The translations under genes and the position numbers were made by a program. Below are positions 1 to 10,555 of a DNA stretch of 64,000 bases, in pieces. The notes under the pieces were generated by a model. That model was not told where the DNA came from. It searched no databases and worked only from the letters and a program-made list of their open reading frames with translations. Location of the stretch: NCBI GenBank assembly GCA_000004985.1, contig GG738890.1. The stretch is one strand, 5' to 3'. The stretch's first letter is position 1. Every line of letters starts with the position of its first letter. The stretch is from Naegleria gruberi. Taxonomy: Eukaryota.

Positions 1-194
1 AGTAAGACGTTCAAAATATTCACCAGTGATTGGAAATTAGAGATTGGAAGAAAATTTTGTTGAACTGATTCAGATCACATTCATTCTCAATTGTTTCACA
101 ATAAATCTTAATAATTTATGGACAAATATAAGAATCAATCAGGAGTCAATGGTTTCTAATATTAATTTAATCCGAGGCTATTTATTTACTAGAA

Positions 195-1319
195 TCATCC
201 CTGTGTTAGTGAGTTTAGTTGATTTACAAATTCTGAAAATGTAATTTCCTTTCTAAAACTCAAAAATCCATGAACTTGTTGTTTCCATTCACGAATTTCA
301 ATTCTTTTTTCATTAGTTGACTTGTTAATTACATCTCCAAATAATTGACCTTCATCTCTTAATACATCATATTCAGCTAACCAAATAAATCCTTTTGGAA
401 ATTGAGAATAAAATTGAGAATTACTTGTTGGATCAATTGCACTCATAATTGAAAGAAATGGATTTAATTTTGCATTCTCAATTGAAGTATTAACTCCAAT
501 TAATTGTTTCCAAAACATATCAACCATTGGTGCATTAATAATTAATCCACTATCTCTATATTTAGTAAGTGATTGATATTTCGAATCAGAATTTTCATAA
601 ATTTCAGTTGCTGGATAAATTAATGCTTGATGTGTAATTTTTGGAATATTCTCACTTTCTATAATATTCTTTTCTAATGAAAATATTCTAATTTGTGTGT
701 GAATAGACAAGTGACCACCAGCAGAATCTCCACAAATAGTTAACTGATTAATATTTCCATTATATTTCTTAAAATTCTTTCCAATCCAACAAAGTGCATT
801 TAAGCAATCATTTAAACATGCTGGAAATACATGTTGTGGAGTTTTTCTATAATCAACACTAATAACAAGATAATTATTATTCGAAACATGTCTACAAAAA
901 TCATCACTTGTATCAATACTTCCAAACATCCATCCACCACCATGAATATACATTAAAATAGGATATCCTTCTTCTCTATATTGTTTAGGTTGATAAACTC
1001 TAATAATATATTCGGATAATTCAGAACTTTCTTTTAAATATAATTCTGAAGAATTTGCATCAAAAGATAGTGGAATAGTTTCAATTCTCAACAAATCGCT
1101 TTCAATTACTCGATGAATGGGCGAAACTTTTACATCTAGAACTGATAATTTACTTCCTAAACTTTTAAAAGCAGTTTTTATAAGTAAATTTGCAAGTAAA
1201 ATTTTAAAATTCACTCCTGGAAATTCAAGTTTTTGCATAAACAAACGAGCACCAAGCCAGGTGAAAAGGGCACTTGCTGTACCAACAGCAGAATACACAG
1301 CTAGTTGTTGTGGATGCAT
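195..1319 (-). CDS. alpha/beta-hydrolase fold esterase/lipase (arylacetamide deacetylase / hormone-sensitive-lipase-like)
   Basis: 374-aa ORF; HGGGW oxyanion-hole motif and GDSAGG nucleophile-elbow motif; hydrophobic N-terminal anchor. Confidence 0.75.
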   Translation of the reverse strand: MHPQQLAVYSAVGTASALFTWLGARLFMQKLEFPGVNFKILLANLLIKTAFKSLGSKLSVLDVKVSPIHRVIESDLLRIETIPLSFDANSSELYLKESSELSEYIIRVYQPKQYREEGYPILMYIHGGGWMFGSIDTSDDFCRHVSNNNYLVISVDYRKTPQHVFPACLNDCLNALCWIGKNFKKYNGNINQLTICGDSAGGHLSIHTQIRIFSLEKNIIESENIPKITHQALIYPATEIYENSDSKYQSLTKYRDSGLIINAPMVDMFWKQLIGVNTSIENAKLNPFLSIMSAIDPTSNSQFYSQFPKGFIWLAEYDVLRDEGQLFGDVINKSTNEKRIEIREWKQQVHGFLSFRKEITFSEFVNQLNSLTQG

Positions 1320-1375
1320 TTTGTTTGATACTGTTTTACAACAGTTCCATTACATTGCAAATTTTGTTGACATTT

Positions 1376-1404
1376 AAGCGGACAACTAGCACCGTTGTCC
1401 GCTT
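1376..1404. repeat. GC-rich perfect inverted repeat (11-bp stem, 7-nt loop) in the spacer between two minus-strand genes
   Basis: aagcggacaac-tagcacc-gttgtccgctt read directly; exceptional GC content for this AT-rich spacer. Confidence 0.6.
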
Positions 1405-1688
1405 CATAGGATTTCGATCCAACCATTTTTAATATCAAAATCAAAGAAATTGATTGATTACAGTCTTTAGTAAGGTGTTGAATTATCTATCAAACTGACT
1501 GAATTTCTTAATATCGAAAATTATTATTTGATTTGATGTGAGAATGGTTTGAGCTTTGAGGGTTGATCCAAAACCAGTTTAGTTATTGATATTTGAACAG
1601 TCAGTGTAAATTCATCAAATTCAAACTTGATACAGACATCAAATATGGAGAAATAAACGAGTTAAAACTTGCATTTATGGAAAAATTT

Positions 1689-2611
1689 TTATTCCAAGTC
1701 ACCTCTAATCTTTAGAATAATCTTTCCACTATTCTTATTTTGTTCCATATGTTCATGAGCTTGAATAACTTGATCCATATCAAAGACTGTATCAACATTG
1801 GCAACTAGTTTTTTAGTTTCAAAAGCATCCTTAATGTAATCTTTCAATTCTTGAACAAGTTGTTGCTTATAGAGAGGAGATCTACTTCTCAAAGTACTAT
1901 ATTGAATACGAATTCTCTTTCTCAACATTAATCCTAAATCAATAGTAGCGCTGGTTCCTCCCATTGTTGCAATTCCAATAATAGTGGCATCTAATCTGGC
2001 AATTTGTAAATCTTGTTCCAAATAGGTATTTCCACCAATTGGATCTAGAATATAATCAATGAGTGGTGTAACACCACTTTCAGAATCATTGGTCAAGATT
2101 TTTGAAAGTTTTTCACTCCACTTTGGATTTTCCTTATAATTTACATAATGAGTAGCTCCGTATTGTTTACAAAATTCACCCTTCTCATCACTTCCACAAG
2201 TAACACAAATGTTCTTACACAATCCACTCAATTTACACAATTGAATCAATGCCAATCCAACACCACTTGCACCACCATGAATCAAAACATTGAGATTTCC
2301 CTCAAGTTTTTCATGTAATCTTCCAATTTTGAAGAAACATTGAAATGCAGTCAAGAAAGCTTCTGGAATTGCAGCAGCTTCCTTCAATGAAATTCCATTA
2401 CAATGAAACATTTGACTTGTAGTAGCAATAACATATTCAGAATATGCACCTCCTTCAACAAGACAATAAACATAATCTCCAACTTTGAATTGACCATCAG
2501 TGGATGTTTCTTGTCCATTGGAAAACTTTTCAATAATACCCGAAACTTCTAATCCAATAATTGGACTATTACCAGGTTGTAATGGATACATTCCATTTCT
2601 TTGTACAATAT
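1689..2611 (-). CDS. quinone oxidoreductase / zinc-type alcohol dehydrogenase (MDR superfamily), exon 2
   Basis: GGASGVGLALIQL Rossmann motif; PLQPGNSPIIGLEVSG; joined to exon 1 by a 148-nt GTATGT..TAG intron, phase 1, giving ...ALNRTDIVQRNG. Confidence 0.7.
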
Positions 2612-2759
2612 CTACATTAATCATTAAATAATTATTAAATATTGTGATTAATACATTAATTATCAAATTAATGATCGGAATAAAACATCATCAATTTAAT
2701 CAAATATTAGCCATTAAATATTATTACAATTAATATTTAATATATTTAATAAAACATAC

Positions 2760-2946
2760 CAGTACGATTCAAAGCAGCATAATAAACTTTAATCAAGGCT
2801 TGAGTATTACCAACTGCTGATTGTTGTTGTTGTTGTGATGAAGGTGGTGCAGAAAATTCAGGAATTGGATATTCATTATCAATGTATAAATCTTTGGCTG
2901 ATTTGGTGATTGGTTGACGAACTTGAACAACTCGTTGTTGACTCAT
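2760..2946 (-). CDS. quinone oxidoreductase (MDR), exon 1
   Basis: MSQQRVVQVRQPI...LIKVYYAALNRT- N-terminal strand typical of QOR; GTATGT donor at 2759. Confidence 0.65.
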
Positions 2947-2988
2947 TTTTTTTAATACACTTTACAATATTAAATATATAATACTTTA

Positions 2989-4947
2989 TTAAGCAAGTTT
3001 CTTCCAATTTTGATAAGCATTCTGCACAGCATTAAAAACAGTGTTCAATTCAAATGTAATTAATTCACTCTCCTCTTGGGTTAACAAATCATTCTTCAAT
3101 AGTGGTGATTGATCTGTGTGAATTGTAAAAATTACTTTTTTGTAAACTTTCAATATTTCAGGTCGTTCAGCAGTTGTGCAAAGTAAAAGTGAAGCATGAT
3201 CTGCCTTATTTGTATGATATTTCTCAATGACATAGTTCAATACTTGTCGAAATGTTTTAAATTTACAGAAATTTAAAATTTCTTCTTCGATTTTGTCTTT
3301 CTTTTCTTTTAGTTTCTTTTGAGTTTCGGATAGTTTCAAAAGAGATAATCTTGGCATTTCACATTCGCTTGGAATAACTTGAATTTCATGTGAAAATTCT
3401 TTCAATTTCTTTGATTTGTGAATTAATCTTAAAGTGTAAATTCCAGACCATTCTGGAATAAATTCACAAGAATAATGAGATTCGTCCGCTGATTTCTTAC
3501 ATTGTAATTTAAACTTGTTTTCATTAATTAAATTATGATATTCTTCATTTTCTGTTTTAAATGTAAATTCCAATTCCAGATTTTCAATATTTTGAATTTC
3601 ATTTCCATAAATATCCAATGGTTTAATCTTGATTATTGTTGAATTCAATGAAATTACATGTTTCAAATCGGGTAAATTAATAATTTCAATAGTATGAATT
3701 GAAGATGGTATAATATTACAAAATAATCGATTATCAATAGATGAAATATTTTCACTTTCTAACACTCCGATTGGTATTAAACTTTCTGTTTTTTCATTTT
3801 TGTAAAAAACTTCAATTTCCAATTGACTTATTACAATACTTTCAATAAAAAAGTTAATTAATTGATCTTCCATTGAATAGTTCACTTGAATTCTTTCATT
3901 TTCTTCAATAATACTTTCTTGCAAACTCCATTTCCATCTTGATCTGGAATTCTTTTCAAAGAATTGTAAAATTACATTTTCAGGATTAAACCCCAAAAGA
4001 GTTGTATTTCCAAACATATCTTTCAAGTTCATTGTAATTTTACAACTCTCTCCTGCACCTATTTCAATTTGAGATTTCCCATTCTCAAAAGAAACAAAAC
4101 TATTCTTAAATGAAACTGTTGATGAATGAAATTCCATGTCAAATTTCATTTCACAACATGTTCTATATTGAATATAACTCAATTCCAAGCAATAATTTCC
4201 ACTTTCATTAGTTGTACATGCAAAAACTGAAATATTTTGAGAATGAGAAATCAAATCACATTTTTGAACTTTTCTATTCTTTTTCATATCTGTAAAATAC
4301 CCGCTACTCTTATAAAGTATTGCATTCCATATTGTTTCTTCACTATTAATTGGATTACCGAAAATGTCAAATGTTTCCATTGAGAAATGAAATGGAATTC
4401 CAACATTGGCATTCAGTTTTTTAGAATCTTCTTCCAAAATATTATCTGAAATGATCTTAAATTTACAAAATTTCTCTGAAGGATATAATAAATTACTTCT
4501 TTTCAGTATAGAATAAGTAAATTGTATCACAAATGAATAATAGGTTAATTCATTCTCAAAATGGTAATAAATTGGAGAGTCCATTCCTTGAATGAGTATT
4601 GAAAATCCCTTTAAATCAGGTGTTACATCTGAATCTTCATTAAAATTCAATTCCTTGATGGATTTTAGTGAAATTTGTTTTTGATGATCAATTAAAATAT
4701 TTTCACTTTCTATATTTGTATCTATTTCTAATGATCTTTTATGAGGTTTCCCATTAATATTCTTCTTCCATACAGTATATTGTTGTGTTTCATTAGTAGA
4801 AATGTACTGTTTCATCAATTCTTTCAAGTAATTATTCAATTCTAAACTCCAATCATTATTTGTAAATTGAACCTTGACCTTGTTTTCCTTTTGTGGAATA
4901 ATAATACTGGATGTCTTTTTTAATTTCTTCAAATTCTTGTTGCTCAT
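2989..4947 (-). CDS. hypothetical 652-aa protein with filamin/Ig-like repeat signatures
   Basis: long ORF; repeated ...D.FGN... motifs (DIFGNPI, DMFGNTTLLGF, DIYGNEIQ) resembling filamin-type Ig repeats; no other domain recognised. Confidence 0.45.
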   Translation of the reverse strand: MSNKNLKKLKKTSSIIIPQKENKVKVQFTNNDWSLELNNYLKELMKQYISTNETQQYTVWKKNINGKPHKRSLEIDTNIESENILIDHQKQISLKSIKELNFNEDSDVTPDLKGFSILIQGMDSPIYYHFENELTYYSFVIQFTYSILKRSNLLYPSEKFCKFKIISDNILEEDSKKLNANVGIPFHFSMETFDIFGNPINSEETIWNAILYKSSGYFTDMKKNRKVQKCDLISHSQNISVFACTTNESGNYCLELSYIQYRTCCEMKFDMEFHSSTVSFKNSFVSFENGKSQIEIGAGESCKITMNLKDMFGNTTLLGFNPENVILQFFEKNSRSRWKWSLQESIIEENERIQVNYSMEDQLINFFIESIVISQLEIEVFYKNEKTESLIPIGVLESENISSIDNRLFCNIIPSSIHTIEIINLPDLKHVISLNSTIIKIKPLDIYGNEIQNIENLELEFTFKTENEEYHNLINENKFKLQCKKSADESHYSCEFIPEWSGIYTLRLIHKSKKLKEFSHEIQVIPSECEMPRLSLLKLSETQKKLKEKKDKIEEEILNFCKFKTFRQVLNYVIEKYHTNKADHASLLLCTTAERPEILKVYKKVIFTIHTDQSPLLKNDLLTQEESELITFELNTVFNAVQNAYQNWKKLA

Positions 4948-5089
4948 TTGTTGAGTACTAGCTAAATAGTTCCGAGAGTGAATGTTGTTTGGTTATTTTT
5001 TTCTTTGATTTTTTAACCATTATTGTTCAATTTCGAAAATGAAAGTTGTTTCAGAATTGAGTTTCAATGTGGAAATGAAAAAATGAAAT

Positions 5090-7186
5090 TTACTGGGATA
5101 TCATATTTGAAGGATTAATGTACATTAAAACAACTAAATCCAATAATTCTTGAACAAAATTAGAAAGTGTAAATTCCTTTGTGTTTTCTAACAGTGAAAA
5201 TTCAATAATTTTTGGAAGTTTGATTGAATCATTATCGCTCAATTCAGAATAAACATGTGAGAATGCACTTGACCATGTAATATTAGCTATTTCTGAAGTG
5301 AGAACCAAAGATGAATAGTAGAGAGTGTGAAGTGGTGTGAAATGTTTCATTTCCACCAATCTCTCAATGTCAAGCAGAGAAAGGGCACTGAATTTAACAC
5401 CCAGAAATTGGATTCTACCGACAATGATGTTTACATGGTCTGGATTATCTACAAAGAATCCTTGAAGTCTATTACTAAGAATTTCATTCAAAAGAGTTGA
5501 ATCTCTGCAATCTTGAACGAATCCTCTTTTGAGCAATAAAGTGAATAAATTCTTAAAGTTGTCTAATAAAACATCGAATTGACCAATAGTTTCGGATGGA
5601 TTCTTTTCATGTAGTATATCTAAATCTTTCAAGAATAAATAAAATTGCTTGCAGAGGGCATGGATTAATGAGTATCTAACTGATTTGATAATTTCAAATT
5701 CATTTCCATCAAATAAGTAATTAATGAATTTTGATTGATTTCCATAATCTAATCTATTATCAAATATACTATTAATGAGCTCATTTCCAGTATTTTGTTT
5801 GATACACAATTCTAATAATTTCTTTGACTCTTCCAATCTATTGTAATGTTGAGAAAAAAACTTTGACACATCCAAGCGTGTTAATTGATAGATTATATCT
5901 CCATTAACAATTGATTCAAAAAGTTGCTTCTTTTCATCCACATTGGATATTAATGAAATCAATCCATACTCCCCCAATTCTACTTTTACAGACATTTTCT
6001 TTCCTGCAGATTTTATGGATTCACCCAATTCAAATAAAGAACCAAATAAACCTCTTATATTTGAAGAATCCAATTTAAACTCAATGACATCGGTAAATCC
6101 ATCAATAATATTAGTATGTGGATACTTTTTTTCACAAATGGTTTCGGCGAGTAAGAAATTGAATACTGTTGCAACAAAACTACCTTCATTAGAAATCTTG
6201 TGCATTCTATTTGATTGGATCAAAGACAGAATTTCAGAAATGTCCTTCATAACATTTGATTGAAAATTGTCTTCTTTCAAATGTTTAGCAACTGCCAACT
6301 TGTAAAAATAACAAGCAACATTGATAATAGGAATGAACGTTTCCCTCTTCTCAATTAAGGCCTTTAACGGGGTCATTCTAGACCTGAATGAAATATCTGT
6401 TTTAGAAAAATAACTAAACATCATATCCAACTCTATTATTAAACTGTTGCAAGCAGTTTGTGTGAAATAGGAGCAGTTTTTAAAAGTATTACAGAGTGCA
6501 ATATTATATGCTTGATATCTAATAGCATTATCTGCAACTTGCTCTTTTGCAAATTCCAAACTTTTGACTGCTCCTTCAAAATCTCTAAACAAGTGCACTG
6601 TTTCTGTAGTACTTCTTGTTCTCTTGTTTGTATAAAGATTGAAATACTTTTCATCTATCTTCAACAAGTATGAATTCAATCTTCCAGAGCCGAAATAAGG
6701 AGATAAATTACTCCCACCTGAAGAAACAACTCTCTTCCAAGCCTGTAAAAATACCAATTTAGGATTATCATCCTTCTTTAAATGTTTAGTATGTTTATAA
6801 TGTGTTCCTCTTTTGTATAATAAACTACAGCCTTGAATTTCCTTAATGAAACTTCCAAAATTACTCAAATCCTTCTTATTTTTAGACTGAAATTGAAATT
6901 CTTCCAATAATAAATAAATCAAATGTTTCCAGAACCAATCAAATTCATGAGTGACTTTGTAAATATAAGAATTTGACAGAAATAAATTTAAACATTCTCT
7001 CAAATCATCCTTAAATACTCCATAACTTAAAATCATCATCCACTCAATAGATGAGAGCTGAGTAATTGGAGCAAGCTTCTTCCGATTAGAAACGTTAGCC
7101 TTCTCCAACAAGGTGGTTAGAGATTCATTGACCGGAGAAAGTTGATTCGGATCAAGTGTGGAGTTGTTATTTGCTTGTTTGCTCAT
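5090..7186 (-). CDS. hypothetical large protein (~699 aa), function unknown
   Basis: uninterrupted 2.1-kb ORF; likely start at MSKQANNNST (7186), since the upstream in-frame extension looks like translated 5' UTR. Confidence 0.45.
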   Translation of the reverse strand: MSKQANNNSTLDPNQLSPVNESLTTLLEKANVSNRKKLAPITQLSSIEWMMILSYGVFKDDLRECLNLFLSNSYIYKVTHEFDWFWKHLIYLLLEEFQFQSKNKKDLSNFGSFIKEIQGCSLLYKRGTHYKHTKHLKKDDNPKLVFLQAWKRVVSSGGSNLSPYFGSGRLNSYLLKIDEKYFNLYTNKRTRSTTETVHLFRDFEGAVKSLEFAKEQVADNAIRYQAYNIALCNTFKNCSYFTQTACNSLIIELDMMFSYFSKTDISFRSRMTPLKALIEKRETFIPIINVACYFYKLAVAKHLKEDNFQSNVMKDISEILSLIQSNRMHKISNEGSFVATVFNFLLAETICEKKYPHTNIIDGFTDVIEFKLDSSNIRGLFGSLFELGESIKSAGKKMSVKVELGEYGLISLISNVDEKKQLFESIVNGDIIYQLTRLDVSKFFSQHYNRLEESKKLLELCIKQNTGNELINSIFDNRLDYGNQSKFINYLFDGNEFEIIKSVRYSLIHALCKQFYLFLKDLDILHEKNPSETIGQFDVLLDNFKNLFTLLLKRGFVQDCRDSTLLNEILSNRLQGFFVDNPDHVNIIVGRIQFLGVKFSALSLLDIERLVEMKHFTPLHTLYYSSLVLTSEIANITWSSAFSHVYSELSDNDSIKLPKIIEFSLLENTKEFTLSNFVQELLDLVVLMYINPSNMISQ

Positions 7187-7574
7187 ATTATCGTTGACTG
7201 GATAATGGATCAAATAAATATTGTACGAGTAGAAGTAGCCTACTTTGATTTGTTTTTTTTGATTTTTTAATGTGATCAAAGTTCATTCCCAAATGCTGCT
7301 TGCAACAAAAACTCCCGCCAAAACCGTTCTTGCTACAGTAAGAATCTAGATCCATCCTTTGATATACTTTTGGTTGACCAAAATAACTTGTTGTGTCATG
7401 TTCTCCTTTAAAAAAAATGAAACAACGCAAACAACGAGTTGTTGTTGGCAAAAAGACAAAAATTTGTGATTTGAATGACGACATGTTCCGAGTAATTTAT
7501 CAATTTCTGGTCCATAATTGAAAGAAGGTTTTGTTAGACAATGAGAACTTGTAAATATCAACAATGTCCAGAAA

Positions 7575-7905
7575 TTGATAAATTACTCGGAAATGAATAG
7601 AAAGGCATTTGAAGGAAGAAGGAGAGACGTTCTTTCATTTCCAATAAATGAAGTTTACAATCCAATAACTTTTTCAATGATTCCTTACCAACCAAAACTT
7701 CATTCAATAATTCAAAAATATCATTTTAACACTCGTGAAGAAATTGAATCTATTGAAATACCACAAGATTACAATACGACTGACCTATCTGTCATTCTGG
7801 TTGGACAAGCAGGTTCTGGTAAAAATACAATGAAATGTAAGATTGCAAAGGGAACATATGGGTTTATGCCAGATTGTGAACCTGAAGAGTTGAATTTAGA
7901 AAATG
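7575..7905 (+). CDS. Rho/Rac-like small GTPase, degenerate, exon 1
   Basis: P-loop ILVGQAGSGKNT after a ~75-aa N-terminal extension; the only canonical in-frame donor is aatg|gtcata at 7905, phase 1. Confidence 0.45.
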
Positions 7906-8034
7906 GTCATAAAATTACATTTTACACAAGGTCATGAAGAGTAAGTTAGTAGTCATAAGTTTGAATTCTTACGCCCTTTTTAAGATATGATCAATTAAGA
8001 GCCTTTTCCTATTCTCATTATCCCACACAATTAG

Positions 8035-8423
8035 ATTTGATATTTCTATGCTATTCATTTATTAGAAATGATTCATTATTGGAGTTGAAAAGAAAATATA
8101 TCAGAGAAGTTAATCATCATCTGCCAAATGTTCCATGCATATTGGTGGGAAATAAAGTTGAATGGAGAAATGATAAAGATTATATTAGAAAGATGAAAGA
8201 ACAGAATACAGAATTCATCACCTATGAAGATGGTTTAACAATGGCAAAACAGTTGGGATGTTTATCATTTATTGAAACATCGACACCAGAAAGTAAAGAC
8301 GAACCTGGAATTGGTTTACAAAATATTGGAATGTTTATTAGAAAGCTAATGTATGCAAGTCAGCTACCCAAGAACCACAAGACAAATGAGAATATCCCAA
8401 AAAAGAAATGTATAATTCAGTAA
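8035..8423 (+). CDS. Rho/Rac-like small GTPase, degenerate, exon 2
   Basis: DLIFLCYSF...VNHHLPNVPCILVGNKVE...ITYEDGLTMAKQLGCLSFIETS aligns with Rac DVFLICFS...RHHCPNTPIILVGTKLD...[22 protein letters not shown]; begins at a TTG codon (internal exon); lacks the DTAGQE switch II. Confidence 0.5.
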
Positions 8424-8470
8424 TAGATTTCAAGCTCAATAATTTATTATGTTGCATAAACAAATATGAA

Positions 8471-8844
8471 TTAAGGTCTAATTAACATGGCACATGAATA
8501 ATAACTCATACCAATAGTAATAATTAAACCTAAAAGAGAAACTCCAATAAAAATACCTCCAATTAATGACAGAATGAAAGCGTATGCAGTTTGTACAGAA
8601 TTTACACTAACTTTTGGTGATTCATAATTTTCATAAAAAGTATTGACATAACAATCAATGGTTTTTCCACTTGTATATGAATATGCTTGATCTGATGATG
8701 AAAAGTATTCAGTTGTTAATGATTTTCCTAAGAGTGGAACATAAACTGTTAATTGACAATTTGTTGTACAACTTTTTGAAGCAACTTCCTTTACATTACA
8801 AGAAACTAGTTTAGTTAAAGAATCGGCATCTGGTTTTTCACTTG
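8471..8844 (-). CDS. small Cys-rich two-TM membrane protein, exon 2 (ORF with no start codon)
   Basis: open frame without ATG encoding a Cys-rich loop (6 Cys) then TM helix AFILSLIGGIFIGVSLLGLIITIG; acceptor aataatag| at 8845/8846. Confidence 0.4.
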
Positions 8845-8880
8845 CTATTATTATATTAGAAAAATGTATAATTTAAAATG

Positions 8881-8907
8881 TGTGATGATAGTGATGATAG
8901 TGATGAT
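8881..8907. repeat. short tandem repeat (GTGATGATA)x3 inside the putative intron
   Basis: read directly: gtgatgata gtgatgata gtgatgatg. Confidence 0.6.
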
Positions 8908-8996
8908 GAATATTATTGTATTTGTTCATAATTATTAACAGTTAGTTATTAGAAAGTGATGATCAATTTTATCCGAAACTTTAAATTGACACAAAC

Positions 8997-9243
8997 CTCC
9001 AAGTATTATAATTCCAATAAAAACACCAAGTAGCGAAACAGCTAACATGAGTGCCACACATAAATTGAGACAAAATTTAGCAGTACTTTTAGCCTTCTTC
9101 TTTCCTTGTGGATTTACAATTGTCATTTTTTTATTTCTTTTTAATAGTGATCGATGATAGACAGCGTTTAAAATGTCAGATAATGATGTTTCACTTTTGG
9201 TGAGACAATTAGATATCAAGCAACAGTTTAATTTCATGTACAT
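8997..9243 (-). CDS. small Cys-rich two-TM membrane protein, exon 1
   Basis: ORF with TM helix LCVALMLAVSLLGVFIGIIILGG; GTTTGT donor after GGA G (phase 1) joins in frame to the exon at 8844; the unspliced ORF would stop at 8935. Confidence 0.4.
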
Positions 9244-9271
9244 TTTATTAAGAAGAATTTAAAATCACAAA

Positions 9272-10555
9272 TTAATCAAATAGTTCAACGAAAAATTGAT
9301 CTACATCACTAGGTTGGTGGTTGGCAGCAAATGATAACTGAGAAGGATTAATTGGTTGTGGTTGGTGTTGTTGTGGAATTGATTGTTGTGATTGTTGAGG
9401 TGGAATTTGATGTTGAGGAATTGAAGATTGGGCAATAAGGACTTGAGGAATTTGTGAAGGAACATTCAATTGTACCATTTGCATTCCATGATCATTTGGT
9501 TGAGAATTTACAACACCTCCATTTAATGCTGTAAAGTAAGCATAGAGATCTTGTTGTTGCTGTTGAATCATTTGATATTGTTGAAGCATTGTTTGTAAAT
9601 GATTCGATTGTTGTGCAGAGTAATTATAATTTGAGCTTTCTCCATAATCACTTGATTCAAAATATTTTCTAAAGAGGAATTCTCTTTCATGTGGATAACA
9701 AAGTTCAATAAAATTACAAAGCAATTTCTTTCTGTCTGGATCTGCCATGTTTTGGAAAGTTTCTGTAATATTCTTAATCTTTTCTTCAGTATTAACTGGA
9801 TGTTGAGAACTACTTGATGCAGCACTACTACTACCAGATGTACTTGGAGCAGTTCCTAATAATGAAGGATCAACAAATCCACCATTATTCTTATATAAAC
9901 TTTCTAATAATTCATCAATGGCTTGAGTGGCTGCTTGATTTTGATGTGGAGCCACTTCAATAGTGGATCCATTATTAGATCTTGCAATATGATGATAATT
10001 TGGAATTGCATCTTCATTTAGAGGTTCTTTCATCCTCTTATGATTTGTTGGAGATGGTTCACCTTCCATTTCATCCTCACCAGAATCATCTTCATCAACT
10101 CCTCTCTTTCTCTTTGATTTAATACCAGGTTTTACAATTGGTTTCTTGGCTCTAATAGTAAAACTTGGAGAAATTAAACAACAACACAAAACTGCATTAC
10201 TATTAGCAGATGTTAAATCTAAAGGTTGTTGCTGTTGGAATGGATGATATGGTGTTGAATTATTTAAAGTATAAAGATAGACAACCATACGGAATTTCTT
10301 TCCTTCTTGTTTGTAACTGCAAATATTATACATGAAAGGACCTATTGTAACAGTACTCTTACTTGTAGATTGATAATTGAAAAAGCTTTCATTATTAGTA
10401 ATGACTGGTTCATCATTTTTCTTATCGTCTTCATCTTCTTCATCTTGCTTTTTCTTCTTCTTCTTTTTACCATCTTTTGATTTTTGTGACAATACTTTTT
10501 GTCCATCTTCATAGTTTAAATCAATGTGAGCCATCACATTTTCTTCCCGAATCAT
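9272..10555 (-). CDS. Q/N/S-rich low-complexity nuclear-type protein, 3' segment
   Basis: 427-aa ORF with poly-K/E and poly-Q tracts; sits on the same strand immediately after the 10552..11577 ORF in a frame offset by 1. Confidence 0.45.
   Translation of the reverse strand: MIREENVMAHIDLNYEDGQKVLSQKSKDGKKKKKKKQDEEDEDDKKNDEPVITNNESFFNYQSTSKSTVTIGPFMYNICSYKQEGKKFRMVVYLYTLNNSTPYHPFQQQQPLDLTSANSNAVLCCCLISPSFTIRAKKPIVKPGIKSKRKRGVDEDDSGEDEMEGEPSPTNHKRMKEPLNEDAIPNYHHIARSNNGSTIEVAPHQNQAATQAIDELLESLYKNNGGFVDPSLLGTAPSTSGSSSAASSSSQHPVNTEEKIKNITETFQNMADPDRKKLLCNFIELCYPHEREFLFRKYFESSDYGESSNYNYSAQQSNHLQTMLQQYQMIQQQQQDLYAYFTALNGGVVNSQPNDHGMQMVQLNVPSQIPQVLIAQSSIPQHQIPPQQSQQSIPQQHQPQPINPSQLSFAANHQPSDVDQFFVELFD

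Noticed and set aside
7188-7564. ORFs 7188..7484 and 7346..7564 upstream of the 5090..7186 gene
   Set aside because: They overlap the 5' end and putative 5' UTR of the large minus-strand gene in other frames; no domain signal; most likely untranslated leader sequence
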